DNA of 64,000 bases from Candidatus Omnitrophota bacterium (GCA_028712175.1 JAQTQQ010000002.1:40405-104404), one strand, 5' to 3'; positions 1 through 10,036 are shown, counted from the first letter of the stretch. The notes: generated by a model not told the origin, from the letters alone. Made by a program: numbers and translations.

Positions 1-730
1 CCATGAACCCTCCGGCAAAAGTATCCCCTGCGCCCGTAGGGTCAATTACTTTCTCAACCGGATATGCAGGAAGAGAAAAAATAAATCCGGAGGACTTTGC
101 ATAGAAGAGAACCCCATGCTCGCCTTTTTTAATAAGCACCATTTTAGGCCCGAAAGAACACAGGCGTTTTGCTGCTTTTATCAAATTGCCTTCTTGCGAT
201 AAATCTTTTGCTTCCTGATCATTGGCCACATAAATATCAATATGCTTAAGCAGCTTAATCAATTCTTTGCGTTTAGTATTTATCCAATAGTTCATGCTGT
301 CTAAGCCGACTAATGTAGGGGAATGCATTTTACGCAGCAAGTGCTCCTGGATATCCGGGTCAACGTTTGCCAGAAATATATTCTCTATCCTGCGCTGCTG
401 CTCGGATACCTGCGGTTTAAATACCGAAAGCACCCCCAATTCGGTATTAAGAGTCAACGCTGAATTCAGGTCCCCCTTATATTCGCCTTCCCATCTAAAA
501 GTCTTTCCTTTATCCATGGTCAAAGAGCTTAAGTTTAACCCTTTATTTCTTAAAAAAGCAATATGCTTTCTCGGGAAATCACTTCCTACAATAGCTACAA
601 GATTAACCCTTGTAAAAAGCCGGGCAGCCATGGAAAAATGTGCAGCTGAACCTCCTAATAGCGCTTTACGTCTGCCAAAAGGAGTTTTTACGCTGTCTAA
701 TGCTACTGTGCCCAATACTATAATACTCAT
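1..730 (-). CDS. PfkB-family carbohydrate/sugar kinase (ribokinase family). 3' end runs off the window edge; the start codon is at 730.
   Basis: The reverse-complement translation begins MSIIVLGTVALDSVKTPFGRRKALLGGSAAHF and carries the PfkB signature DPTGAGDTFAGGFM at the window edge. The plus-strand track ORF 294..770 is antisense to it. Confidence 0.75.
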   Translation of the reverse strand, partial: MSIIVLGTVALDSVKTPFGRRKALLGGSAAHFSMAARLFTRVNLVAIVGSDFPRKHIAFLRNKGLNLSSLTMDKGKTFRWEGEYKGDLNSALTLNTELGVLSVFKPQVSEQQRRIENIFLANVDPDIQEHLLRKMHSPTLVGLDSMNYWINTKRKELIKLLKHIDIYVANDQEAKDLSQEGNLIKAAKRLCSFGPKMVLIKKGEHGVLFYAKSSGFIFSLPAYPVEKVIDPTGAGDTFAGGFM

Positions 731-743
731 AACTTCCCTCCGT

Positions 744-1514
744 TTACTTCAGAATAAACCAAAATACTAAAGAAATAATTATGCGGTATATCCCAAAAGG
801 TATAAAACTGTGGCGCTTGATAAAAGCAAGCAAAAATTTAATCGCGATAATTGCAACTAAGAATGAAATAATAAAACCTGCCCCAAGAAAGACAAACTGA
901 TCCGGAGTAAATATTTGTGCGCTCTTAAAAAGGTCCAGGGTTGTTGCCGCAAGCATGGTAGGAACGGCCAAAAGGAAGGAAAATTCTACGATAGTCTTTC
1001 TTTTTAACCCCACAGCCAAACCTCCGATAATCGTAGCTGCAGCCCGGGAAACACCGGGGATAATCGCCACTGATTGAAACAAACCAATAATCAATGCCTG
1101 TAAATAAGAGATGCCGGACAACTCTTCTGTGGCATCCTCTTTCTCATGATGAAACAACTCAAATACAATCAAAAATAACCCGCCGGCCAGCAAGGACCAA
1201 AGCACTACCTCGTTATTTCCTAAAAGATACCTTTTAATAGTTGTATACAACAATCCGCCGATGAAAGCCGCGGGCAAAAACGCAATTAATAACCGCTTCC
1301 ATATTCTACGGCTTTCTATAAGCTTATTCCAATACAGGATAACTACCGAAAGCACCGCTCCAAGCTGAATAGCGATTTGAAAACTTTTAATAAATTCTGA
1401 CTGGCTTATTTTGAGGAGTTTTGCGGTTAGCATTAAGTGCCCGGTCGAAGAAACAGGCAGAAACTCGGTAATTCCTTCGACGACACCAAATATCAAAACA
1501 TCCAAGAAATGCAT
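744..1514 (-). CDS. uppP: undecaprenyl-diphosphate phosphatase
   Basis: Contains the UppP/BacA hallmark VEGITEFLPVSSTGHL and is a 256-aa polytopic membrane protein. Confidence 0.9.
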   Translation of the reverse strand: MHFLDVLIFGVVEGITEFLPVSSTGHLMLTAKLLKISQSEFIKSFQIAIQLGAVLSVVILYWNKLIESRRIWKRLLIAFLPAAFIGGLLYTTIKRYLLGNNEVVLWSLLAGGLFLIVFELFHHEKEDATEELSGISYLQALIIGLFQSVAIIPGVSRAAATIIGGLAVGLKRKTIVEFSFLLAVPTMLAATTLDLFKSAQIFTPDQFVFLGAGFIISFLVAIIAIKFLLAFIKRHSFIPFGIYRIIISLVFWFILK

Positions 1515-1530
1515 TATCTTCTCCTAAAAA

Positions 1531-2154
1531 TTAATGGCCTTCTAAAAACTTCTGCATATCTTCCGGTAAAGATGAGTCAACAGCCACAATATTGCCGGTC
1601 TCTGGATGCCTAAATTCCAGATGCTTGGCATGTAAGCAAACCCGCTTAAAACGCAAAGCAAAATCTTTGCGGAAAGCAAATTTATCCTCTCCGACTAAGG
1701 GGTGCTGGATACTTTTAAAATGGATACGGATCTGATTGGTCCTGCCGGTAACAGGAGAAATTTCCACCACGCTATAATTGCTTCTGGCCTCTAAAACCCT
1801 GTATTTTGTAAGAGCGCTTTTGCCTTCAATGCTCGAGCTGATTTGCCCGATGTTTTTCGGTAATTTTCCATGCACAAAAGCAACGTATTTCTTACTTACT
1901 GCTCTGTCTCTAAAGGCATCCGCCAGTTTGGCTTCTACGCTTTTACTTTTGGCATAAATCAATAACCCTGAAGTTTGGCGATCAATACGATGGCAAGGAT
2001 ATAAGCGGTATTTTAAATTCCTTTCCTCTGCATCCTTGTTTAAAATACTTGTCAGGGTGCGCGATTCATTTTTTGGCGTCGGGACAGTTAATAGCCCGGC
2101 CGGCTTATTAACCACAAGCAGCCAATCATCTTCAAATACTATGGGGATATTCAC
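1531..2154 (-). CDS. RluA-family RNA pseudouridine synthase
   Basis: Catalytic motif HRIDRQTSGLLIYAKS and upstream VNKPAGLLTVP. Confidence 0.85.
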   Translation of the reverse strand: MNIPIVFEDDWLLVVNKPAGLLTVPTPKNESRTLTSILNKDAEERNLKYRLYPCHRIDRQTSGLLIYAKSKSVEAKLADAFRDRAVSKKYVAFVHGKLPKNIGQISSSIEGKSALTKYRVLEARSNYSVVEISPVTGRTNQIRIHFKSIQHPLVGEDKFAFRKDFALRFKRVCLHAKHLEFRHPETGNIVAVDSSLPEDMQKFLEGH

Positions 2155-2166
2155 GGGAGCTCTTCC

Positions 2167-3084
2167 TTAAACAATTGCCAGCATGCGATCAATTGCCAGG
2201 CGCGCTTTCTTTCTTATATGATCAGGCACCTTGACTTCATTCTTAAGCTCCTGGAGCACCCAGAGGACTTTTTCCTGCGTAGTACGCTTCATGTTCGGGC
2301 ACACCGCGCGTTCACTGGCTAAATAAAATTCTTTATCCGGATTATCCTGTTTTAGGCGGTACAATAGTCCTGCTTCCGTACCAACGATGAATTCTTTCGC
2401 CGGGCTTTCTTTTGCATATTTAGCCATCTGGCTGGTAGATAATACGGCATCGGCTAATTCCACTACGTTTGGCAGGCACTCCGGATGGACCATAACCTTC
2501 GCTTTTGGATGAAATTTCTTCTCTCTTTTTAAGTCCTCGGGCAATATTTTAACGTGTGTGGGGCAAAAACCGTGCCAGGTAATCAACTTCCTGCCGGTTT
2601 TCTTAGAAACATAATCGGCCAGGTATTTATCCGGGACAAAAATTATTTCTTTCTTATCGCCTAAGGCGTTAATTACGGCGATTGCGTTAGTAGACGTACA
2701 ACAATAATCTAATTCAGCTTTTACCTCTGCTGAAGTATTTACATAGCCTAAGGCCACAGCGTCCGGGTGCTGTGCTTTAAGTTTCTTTAAATCATTTGCA
2801 TTCATCATATTTGCCATGGGGCAGCCGGCAGATGTATCCGGCATAACCACTAATTTATCCGGAGAAAGAATAGAAGCGGTCTCAGCCATAAAATAAACCC
2901 CGCAGAAAACAATCACCTTTGCGTCGGTTTTTGCGGCCATTCGCGAAAGTTCAAGCGAATCACCGCGGAAATCTGCTATATCCTGCACCTCAGGCAACTG
3001 ATAATTATGCACTAAGATGATGGCGTTGCGTTTTTTCTTTAATTCCTTGATCTTAGAAATTAATTCTTTGTCTTCCTTAATCAT
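2167..3084 (-). CDS. nadA: quinolinate synthase
   Basis: 305-aa NadA-like sequence, including ILVHNYQ...VIVFCGVYFMAETA...HPEC. Confidence 0.9.
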   Translation of the reverse strand: MIKEDKELISKIKELKKKRNAIILVHNYQLPEVQDIADFRGDSLELSRMAAKTDAKVIVFCGVYFMAETASILSPDKLVVMPDTSAGCPMANMMNANDLKKLKAQHPDAVALGYVNTSAEVKAELDYCCTSTNAIAVINALGDKKEIIFVPDKYLADYVSKKTGRKLITWHGFCPTHVKILPEDLKREKKFHPKAKVMVHPECLPNVVELADAVLSTSQMAKYAKESPAKEFIVGTEAGLLYRLKQDNPDKEFYLASERAVCPNMKRTTQEKVLWVLQELKNEVKVPDHIRKKARLAIDRMLAIV

Positions 3085-3085
3085 T

Positions 3086-4153
3086 TTAACTAATCGCTTT
3101 CTCGATTATTCCGCCGCCTAAGACTGTGTCTTTAGAATAAAAAACTGCGGATTGTCCGGGCGTTATAGCAAACTGCGGTTTCTTAAAAATTACTTTAAGC
3201 TTGTCTTTAACAGGATAAACAGCAGCCGGCATTTCTTTATGATTATAGCGTATCCTCACCTTAATCTCAACTTTCTTTTTAAAAGGTTTTGATATAAAAT
3301 GTTTGTTTTTTATTAAAAAACATATTTTACAGGCATCCTGGCGCCTGCCTACAATAATCCGGTTATTTTTAGCATTAATCTCCGTAACAAACAGGGGATA
3401 ACCTGTAGTTATCCCCAAGCCATGGCGTTGGCCTATAGTATAATTCACTATCCCCTGATGCATACCAAGGATATTCCCTTCTTTATCCACCAAGTGGCCC
3501 GGCTTGATAGAATCCGGCCTTTTACCTTTGATTAAATCCCTGTATTTACCATTGGGCAGAAAACAGATTTCTTGGCTGTCTTGTTTTTCTGCCACACAAA
3601 GCTTAAAACCGGAAGCAATTCGCCTGACCTGCTGCTTAGTAAAATTTCCTAACGGAAAGATAATCCTCTTAAGCTGAGCCTTGTTTAAACGATATAAAAA
3701 ATACGACTGGTCTTTTTTAAGGTCCCTGGCCTTCTTAAGCAGGTAACCCTCTTTTGACTCTACAATCCTGGCGTAATGCCCGGTAGCTAAAAATTGCGCG
3801 CCTAAGTTAATTGCTTTTTTAAATAAAATGTTAAATTTTATAAATTGATTGCATCTTACGCAAGGGTTCGGGGTCTTGCCGGAAAGGTATTCTTGATAAA
3901 AATCCAGAATTACTTGACGGTAGAAATCTTTATCCAGGTTTATAACATAATGCCGGATGCCTAATTTGTGGCATACCCGGCGGGCATCTTCAATGCCGTC
4001 TAACCCGCAGCAGGATGGCTTTACACCGGCATTGGCTGCAAGATTAAAACACATAGTTATTCCGATTACTTCATACCCCTGCTTCTTTAATAAAGCCGCG
4101 GCGACCGAAGAATCTACCCCCCCGCTCATCGCGACAACCACAGTTTTTTTCAT
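3086..4153 (-). CDS. mnmA: tRNA-specific 2-thiouridylase
   Basis: N-terminal PP-loop VVAMSGGVDSSVAA, then NPCVRCNQFIKF and ATGHYAR. Confidence 0.9.
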   Translation of the reverse strand: MKKTVVVAMSGGVDSSVAAALLKKQGYEVIGITMCFNLAANAGVKPSCCGLDGIEDARRVCHKLGIRHYVINLDKDFYRQVILDFYQEYLSGKTPNPCVRCNQFIKFNILFKKAINLGAQFLATGHYARIVESKEGYLLKKARDLKKDQSYFLYRLNKAQLKRIIFPLGNFTKQQVRRIASGFKLCVAEKQDSQEICFLPNGKYRDLIKGKRPDSIKPGHLVDKEGNILGMHQGIVNYTIGQRHGLGITTGYPLFVTEINAKNNRIIVGRRQDACKICFLIKNKHFISKPFKKKVEIKVRIRYNHKEMPAAVYPVKDKLKVIFKKPQFAITPGQSAVFYSKDTVLGGGIIEKAIS

Positions 4154-4164
4154 ATGTATTGTTA

Positions 4165-4201
4165 TAAAAAAGGCCCAGCATCTTATGCCGGGCCTTTTTT
4201 C
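4165..4201 (-). terminator. intrinsic terminator downstream of csp. It is flanked by A-run and T-run, so it can work in both directions.
   Basis: Stems ggcccagcat / atgccgggcc (one mismatch) with a 3-nt loop. A7 upstream and T7 downstream. Confidence 0.65.
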
Positions 4202-4217
4202 TTTGTTCCAAATGAGG

Positions 4218-4418
4218 TTATAACTTCACTACTTTAGTAGCTTGTTCACCTTTGGGACCTTTTTCGATTTCAAACTCAACCTCTTGGCCCTCCTCTAAAG
4301 TCTTATAGCCTTCACCCTGAATTGCAGTATGATGCACAAATACATCAGCACCATTCTCAGGAGTAATAAAACCATATCCTTTTTGATTGGAAAACCATTT
4401 TACTTTGCCTTTTGCCAT
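4218..4418 (-). CDS. cspA: cold-shock protein (CspA family)
   Basis: 66 aa. [18 protein letters not shown]...DVFVHHTAI contains the RNP1 and RNP2 motifs. Confidence 0.9.
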   Translation of the reverse strand: MAKGKVKWFSNQKGYGFITPENGADVFVHHTAIQGEGYKTLEEGQEVEFEIEKGPKGEQATKVVKL

Positions 4419-4470
4419 TTTCTTTGCTTCCTCCTTTCCACTAAAATTATAGCTACTTCTAAGAAGTATG

Positions 4471-4515
4471 AAAACAAAAAAACCGTAAGGCGTGTCATTC
4501 TTTCTCCTTACGGTT
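4471..4515 (-). promoter_or_regulatory. terminator-like hairpin plus U-tract inside the csp 5' leader (possible attenuator)
   Basis: On the minus strand: aaccgtaagg-N15-ccttacggtt followed by UUUUUUUGUUUU. It lies between the predicted csp promoter and the csp start codon. Confidence 0.4.
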
Positions 4516-4549
4516 CAAGACTTCTACTCCCTTGTTCACTACAATAATA

Positions 4550-4577
4550 ATTTTATAATATTTCCCTGATTTGTCAA
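4550..4577 (-). promoter_or_regulatory. sigma70-like promoter for csp
   Basis: On the minus strand: TTGACA, 16-nt spacer, TAAAAT. About 130 nt upstream of the csp ATG. Confidence 0.5.
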
Positions 4578-4760
4578 TATATTTTAAGTTTAATTATAGT
4601 TTTGACTTTAGAAAACATCTGTGGTCTATAGACGATGGGCTATGGACGATAAAAGATTCAATCTAAGAAGGCTTCATCGACAATAGCCTATTGACTGTTT
4701 TTTAAACTTTCATCCTTCATCCTTCGGCCATGCCGGGTTTTCTACGAGCTAAGAGCTAAA

Positions 4761-5051
4761 TCAGGATAATTTGTCGATAGCCTTAAGATTATAGTAACCC
4801 AGAACTTTAACTTTAGCGCGGGATTTAGCAACTAACCAGTCGTGGTATTTACGCATAAAACGGTCATGGCTGACCTTTTTATCCCATTGGTATAACGAAA
4901 TATACTGATTCCCAAACCCATAACGCTTCATAGTATGGTAAGCAACAAAACCGGCGGATTTCTTGGTATGGCTGGCCCAGATTAAGCTGTCCTTGCGGTA
5001 TTTAGCAACTTCGCCGGGCTTTATTTCAAATAAAACTGCGTGTACAAACAT
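4761..5051 (-). CDS. small ABM (antibiotic biosynthesis monooxygenase)-like protein, hypothetical
   Basis: 96 aa with a weak resemblance to the ABM/Dabb fold. No diagnostic motif. Confidence 0.35.
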   Translation of the reverse strand: MFVHAVLFEIKPGEVAKYRKDSLIWASHTKKSAGFVAYHTMKRYGFGNQYISLYQWDKKVSHDRFMRKYHDWLVAKSRAKVKVLGYYNLKAIDKLS

Positions 5052-5121
5052 TGGCCTTTTCCTTTTTGGTTAATAAATTAAATTATTATACGATATTTTA
5101 CGGTTAAAAGAAAATTTATTT

Positions 5122-6909
5122 TTACCACTCCACCCTTAAGCCTGCCTCGGCATAACGGCCGGGTTGAGGTACGCCGGCGATATCCTGATATTCAACATTT
5201 AAAATATTGGTCGAGTTTAAGAAGATTTTTAATTTTTTATTGAACTCGTAATTAAATCCCACATTTACCAATAGCCACCCGCGCCTTTGGGGGCGCTGTT
5301 TATAACTAAAGCCTACCTCCTGGCGCCCAAAAAGAAGATCAAAATTAAAAACCGTGTTAACCAGGTGCCGGGCATAATTCGCGCCGTATTTATAGAGAAA
5401 CCCCTGGTTATCGATAATTTTATCTGTGTAAGTATAGTTAGCATCTAAACTAAGCAAGCTGTTAATTTCTTTATGTATAGAATATTCGGCTCCAAATACA
5501 TTATCGCGCGTAAAATTTCTTGCCTGCCATTTTTGGCCGCTATCAGGCCTGACCCAATCGATCATCTGGCGTTCATGGCGTAAAAATAAAACAAATGCGG
5601 ACGAAAAGCTTCCCTGCTTGTACTCAATACCTGCCTGATAGTTCCATGCTTTTTCAGGTGCCAGATCATTGTTTCCAACCGTCGTTTGATCGCTGTAATA
5701 AAGCTCTGTAAATGAGGGAATGCGCATGTTTCTTGAAACCCCCAAACTCAACGCTGTTTTATCAGTCAACCTGAATTTAGCGCTCGCAGAGCCGGTATAC
5801 ACTCTATCAAAATCGGAGAAATCATCCATGCGCAAAGAAAAACCTAAATCTAGCCACGGAGCGGCCTTAAAGCTATCATCCAGGAATATGCTGCTGCGAT
5901 CGCGATTATGCCTGCCTAAATTAGTCGAAGTAATCCTCTCCTGGTTCCATTCCAAACCCAAACCCAGATTACCCAAAACCGTAGCCTCTTTTTGCAAATA
6001 GAGCCCAGGAGTATAGCTATCGGTACGATGGTCATTAAAACTAGCCGCCGTCCTTATTAAGGCAAATTTATCAAAATGCCTGCGCCAGAGAAAACTCGGC
6101 TTGATCAAAAACCCATCGTCTTTTAAAGTAAGCGCGCTAGCAGCCAAATATGTCCGGGTTTTCTCCCAAGAAGGATAGCCTAATCCCGGGGTATAAAAGT
6201 CATAGGCCCCAAACTCTTTTTCCTGATAACCAAAGTTAGTATCCCAACTGCCGGCGGCTAAAGCTAAGGAAGCGCTAAAGGAAGTAGTAAACTTTTTAAA
6301 ATCAGTATCATAACGGAACCCTGCGGATTGCGCATCTTCTATAGATACCCTAAATCCTAAATCTCTAAATTTATCGCTTACGCTAATTAAACCATAGCCA
6401 TTGCGCATACTGCCTAAGGCTGATTCTAAAATCATTTCTTTTGCCCCCGCCTCTTTTAGCTTAAAATTTATTGCCCCCCCGATTGCATCCGGGCCGAACA
6501 AAGAAGAGCTTGCATGCGGAATTACATCTATGCTTTCAATATCTTCTTTGGTAAAAGGAATGTCGGCATTGTGATGAGCGGTCTGAGGGTCATTTATCCT
6601 GGAGCCGTTAAGCAAAATCAAAACCTGTGAAAAACTAGACCCGCGCAGCGAAAAATCCGTCTGTACCGCACTTCTTAAAGAACGGCTCTGCAAATCCACA
6701 GGCAAATACATAAGGTTTTCTAGGTCAGTTTCATAATTAAAAACCTTGCTTTGGTTTGGGCTGATGCTATAGGTATTTAGAAGAAACTGCCTCTTTTTGG
6801 CAATAACCAGTGTTTCTAAATCCAGGGGACGATCTTCAGAGGAGAAAGTTTGTTGGGGAAGAAGCAAAAAAATAACAACAAGAAAACCGCTTAGCTTTAT
6901 CTTAAACAT
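5122..6909 (-). CDS. TonB-dependent outer-membrane receptor
   Basis: Signal peptide, then a plug-domain motif DVIPHASSSLFGPDAIGGAINFKLK. The C-terminus ends in beta-barrel style with an aromatic residue (...GLRVEW). Confidence 0.8.
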   Translation of the reverse strand: MFKIKLSGFLVVIFLLLPQQTFSSEDRPLDLETLVIAKKRQFLLNTYSISPNQSKVFNYETDLENLMYLPVDLQSRSLRSAVQTDFSLRGSSFSQVLILLNGSRINDPQTAHHNADIPFTKEDIESIDVIPHASSSLFGPDAIGGAINFKLKEAGAKEMILESALGSMRNGYGLISVSDKFRDLGFRVSIEDAQSAGFRYDTDFKKFTTSFSASLALAAGSWDTNFGYQEKEFGAYDFYTPGLGYPSWEKTRTYLAASALTLKDDGFLIKPSFLWRRHFDKFALIRTAASFNDHRTDSYTPGLYLQKEATVLGNLGLGLEWNQERITSTNLGRHNRDRSSIFLDDSFKAAPWLDLGFSLRMDDFSDFDRVYTGSASAKFRLTDKTALSLGVSRNMRIPSFTELYYSDQTTVGNNDLAPEKAWNYQAGIEYKQGSFSSAFVLFLRHERQMIDWVRPDSGQKWQARNFTRDNVFGAEYSIHKEINSLLSLDANYTYTDKIIDNQGFLYKYGANYARHLVNTVFNFDLLFGRQEVGFSYKQRPQRRGWLLVNVGFNYEFNKKLKIFLNSTNILNVEYQDIAGVPQPGRYAEAGLRVEW

Positions 6910-6968
6910 ATGATAATTATAAAGCGAGCGGCTTAATTGTCAACCAATTATTATTATTTGGTTTACGG

Positions 6969-7925
6969 TTAACGGCAGTGCATAACGTCTCCACTTGAAA
7001 CCTTTTGAATTAACCCAGAGTCTTTACGTATAAGCAGGCTTCCGTCATTATCAATATCTACGGCGCATCCTTCAATATGCTTGTTCTGGCAATACACTTT
7101 AACGCGTTTGCCTAAAGTAAGGCTAAAACTCCGCCATTTATCAATTATAGGCCCGGCCCCTTTGTTTTCTAATAAAAAATAATTATTCTCTATCCGCCTT
7201 AAAAGTTCCTGCAATAATGCAATCCGGTTTACCATACGGCCACAAGACTCTTTTAAAGAAGCGGACTGGGCAATTAATGATTTCTTATCGTTATTAACAT
7301 TTAGGCCGATCCCTATAACCACAAAGTTAATTTTGTCTATTTCAGCGTTCATTTCGGTAAGGATGCCGGTAAATTTCTTGTTATTAATAAAAACGTCGTT
7401 CGGCCACTTAATCTGTACATCCAAATTTAACATTTTTTTAACCGCCTCGCAAATACTCACTGCGGCCAGGAGCGTAAGCACGGGAGAGATTGCAGGTGCA
7501 ATGGCTGGCCTTAAGATTAACGACAAATAAATTCCTTTGTATTTCGGAGAAAACCAGTTCCTCCCTAATCTTCCGCGGCCCTTAGTCTGGGATTCGGCTA
7601 ATACAAGAGATCCACTTGGGACCGATTTCATCCCCAGCTGCATGGCCATGTTCATTGTCGAATCAAGATATTCAAAATAATGTATATCTTTGGCGATAAA
7701 TTTGGTATTAAGCTGGCGGGAAATTTCAAAAGGGAAAAGCCTGTCGGGGACCGACTCCAAGCGGTACCCCAAATGCGGAACAGCGACTATCTCATAACCG
7801 GAATCTTTAAGCTCCTGAATATGTTTCCATAAACCTTGCCGGCTGATGCCGAGGTGTTTACTGATCTGGTCCCCTGAAATATAGTCATGTTCTTTATTTA
7901 AATAATCGAGTATTTTTTCCTTCAT
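6969..7925 (-). CDS. birA: bifunctional biotin-[acetyl-CoA-carboxylase] ligase / biotin operon repressor
   Basis: N-terminal helix-turn-helix, then the ligase core GRGRLGRNW...VKWPNDVF. Confidence 0.85.
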   Translation of the reverse strand: MKEKILDYLNKEHDYISGDQISKHLGISRQGLWKHIQELKDSGYEIVAVPHLGYRLESVPDRLFPFEISRQLNTKFIAKDIHYFEYLDSTMNMAMQLGMKSVPSGSLVLAESQTKGRGRLGRNWFSPKYKGIYLSLILRPAIAPAISPVLTLLAAVSICEAVKKMLNLDVQIKWPNDVFINNKKFTGILTEMNAEIDKINFVVIGIGLNVNNDKKSLIAQSASLKESCGRMVNRIALLQELLRRIENNYFLLENKGAGPIIDKWRSFSLTLGKRVKVYCQNKHIEGCAVDIDNDGSLLIRKDSGLIQKVSSGDVMHCR

Positions 7926-7940
7926 GCTCCCGCCCCTTTC

Positions 7941-9128
7941 TTATGAAGAAGATTTCTTGGAATGACCGGGTTCATAAAGCGGGCTCATCGCACGTAATTT
8001 CTGCACAACCCGAGGAAGCTTATCTAGCAGATAATCAATATCGCTCTCTTTTGTCCAGCGGCCAAGAGTTATTCTAAGCGAACCATGCGCGGTAGCATGA
8101 TCTAAGCCAATAGCCAGGAGCACATGCGATGGCTCAAGAGAACTGGAGGTACAAGCACTGCCTGTCGAAACTGAGATCCCCAGCATATCCAGGCTTAAAA
8201 GCATCGATTCCCCTTCTATATAAGAAATAGAAAAGTTTACATTATTCGGCAATCTCTCCGTGGGGTGGCCATTAAGCCTAACCTCGCCGATCTTAGCAGG
8301 AATTTCTTTAATAAGCCTGTCCCGCAAGGCGCTCTGAAAACCTATCTCTTTCTTCATATTTTTTTGGCAAAGCTGGACTGCCTTGGCGCAACCGACTATT
8401 CCGGCAATGTTATGCGTGGATGCGCGCCGGGACCTTTCCTGATCTCCTCCGCGCATAAATGTTTCTATGCGCGTGCCTTTTCTGATGTATATTGCGCCTA
8501 CCCCTTTGGGGCCATAAAACTTATGGGAGGAAATAGACAAAAGGTCTACATTTTGCTCATTTACATTTATAGGGATATGGCCGAATGTCTGTACGGCATC
8601 AGTATGAAAGTAGACGCCTTTTGCTTTTGCGATCTCCGCTAAGGCGGCAATTGGCTGCAAGGTGCCGATTTCATTATTAGCATGCATAATACTGACAAGG
8701 ATTGTTTCTTTAGTAATCGCTTTTTTCAGGTCTTCACACAAAACCATCCCATTCTTATCTACAGGCAGGTAAGTAACCTTAAAACCTCTTTTCTCCAGGA
8801 ATTTCGCCGGCTCGCTGATAGCGTGGTGTTCGATAACCGAAGTAATAATATGATTGCCTTTTTTTTCTAACGCATAAGCTACGCCTAAAAGTGCAAAATT
8901 ATCTGATTCTGTCCCCCCGGAAGTAAAAACAACCTCTTCGGGCTTAGCTCCAATAGATTCCGCAACTATCTGGCGGCTGTCTTCAAGAGCCTTCTTAGCT
9001 TCCTGGCCGTAGCTATGAAGACTGGAGGCGTTCCCGAATTTGTCAAAAAAATAAGGCTCCATCGCAGTTAAAACTTCCGGATCAGTCGGCGTAGTTGCCG
9101 CATAATCTAAATATATTTTTTTCATCAC
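7941..9128 (-). CDS. iscS: cysteine desulfurase (NifS/IscS)
   Basis: PLP-lysine motif SISSHKFYGPKGVGAIYIRKG and active-site ...SGSACTS. Confidence 0.9.
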   Translation of the reverse strand: MMKKIYLDYAATTPTDPEVLTAMEPYFFDKFGNASSLHSYGQEAKKALEDSRQIVAESIGAKPEEVVFTSGGTESDNFALLGVAYALEKKGNHIITSVIEHHAISEPAKFLEKRGFKVTYLPVDKNGMVLCEDLKKAITKETILVSIMHANNEIGTLQPIAALAEIAKAKGVYFHTDAVQTFGHIPINVNEQNVDLLSISSHKFYGPKGVGAIYIRKGTRIETFMRGGDQERSRRASTHNIAGIVGCAKAVQLCQKNMKKEIGFQSALRDRLIKEIPAKIGEVRLNGHPTERLPNNVNFSISYIEGESMLLSLDMLGISVSTGSACTSSSLEPSHVLLAIGLDHATAHGSLRITLGRWTKESDIDYLLDKLPRVVQKLRAMSPLYEPGHSKKSSS

Positions 9129-9218
9129 GCACCTTCTTGTTTATTCAACACTATTTCTGCTCTATCCCCTTAATCCCTGCCCTCTTAAAAAGATATTTTT
9201 ATTTAGAAGGTGCGGGAT

Positions 9219-10025
9219 TCATTTATTAATTGCCTCATTTAAGCTGCCTGTTCGATAACCTTCTAAGTCTACCGTAACATAATTATAGCCTAATCCTTTT
9301 AATCTCTCGACTATAGGTTGACGATTATTTAATAGTTTAGGCAAATCTCCTTTTTCTACTTCAATACGGCAAAGCCCGTTATAATGGCGTAGGCGTACCT
9401 GCTTAAAACCAAAGCTCGAAAGATACAGCTCTGCGCGGTCAATGCGCTTTAACAGTCGGCCCGTAATCTTTAGTCCGTAAGGTATCCTCGAAGCAAGGCA
9501 GGCTAAACTGGGCTTATTCCAGCTGGATAAACCAAACTTCTTACTTAATTTACGGATATCTTCCTTGCTAAATCCGGCCTTAAGCAAAGGAGATCCTATC
9601 TTTAGCTCTTTTTTGGCTATATTTCCCGGCCGGTAATCTTTTTCATCCGTTAGGTTGCTTGCCTCCAATACAAAATTAAATTTATTTTTTCTAGCAATGG
9701 TAAGCAGCCTTGTAAAAAGTTCTTTTTTACAAAAATAACAGCGTTTAGTTGAATTAGCGGTAAATTTTCTATTGCTTAATTCTTTAGTCCTAATTACTTT
9801 GAGCCTTACCCCTATATCTTTTGCCAATACTTTTGCCTTGGACAATTCTGCTTCAGGATAAGTAGCAGAAACAGCCGTGACTGCCAGAATTTTATCTGCT
9901 GGAAGCGCCATTGAACAAACTTTGAGCAAGAAAGCACTATCCAGGCCGCCTGAAAATGCCACTACGCATGATTTATATCCGGAAATTAAACGCTTAAGAC
10001 GAACTAGTTTATCTTGAAGGGACAT
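9219..10025 (-). CDS. LarE-family (TIGR00268) PP-loop ATP pyrophosphatase / sulfur transferase
   Basis: N-terminal AFSGGLDSAFLL PP-loop, RCYFCK, and a PSLACLASRIPYG LarE-like Cys motif. Confidence 0.65.
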   Translation of the reverse strand: MSLQDKLVRLKRLISGYKSCVVAFSGGLDSAFLLKVCSMALPADKILAVTAVSATYPEAELSKAKVLAKDIGVRLKVIRTKELSNRKFTANSTKRCYFCKKELFTRLLTIARKNKFNFVLEASNLTDEKDYRPGNIAKKELKIGSPLLKAGFSKEDIRKLSKKFGLSSWNKPSLACLASRIPYGLKITGRLLKRIDRAELYLSSFGFKQVRLRHYNGLCRIEVEKGDLPKLLNNRQPIVERLKGLGYNYVTVDLEGYRTGSLNEAINK

Positions 10026-10036
10026 TACTAAAATGT

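Noticed and set aside
294-770. 158-aa plus-strand ORF at the left edge
   Set aside because: It is antisense to a clearly real PfkB sugar-kinase gene (GAGDTFAGGF motif) on the minus strand and has no recognisable domain. It is a shadow ORF.
3957-4223. Plus-strand ORFs 3957..4223 and 4329..4547
   Set aside because: They overlap mnmA and cspA in antisense, have low-complexity translations and no SD.
6910-6968. Possible cobalamin or other riboswitch upstream of the TonB-dependent receptor
   Set aside because: The intergenic space is only 59 nt, which is too short for a riboswitch aptamer plus expression platform.
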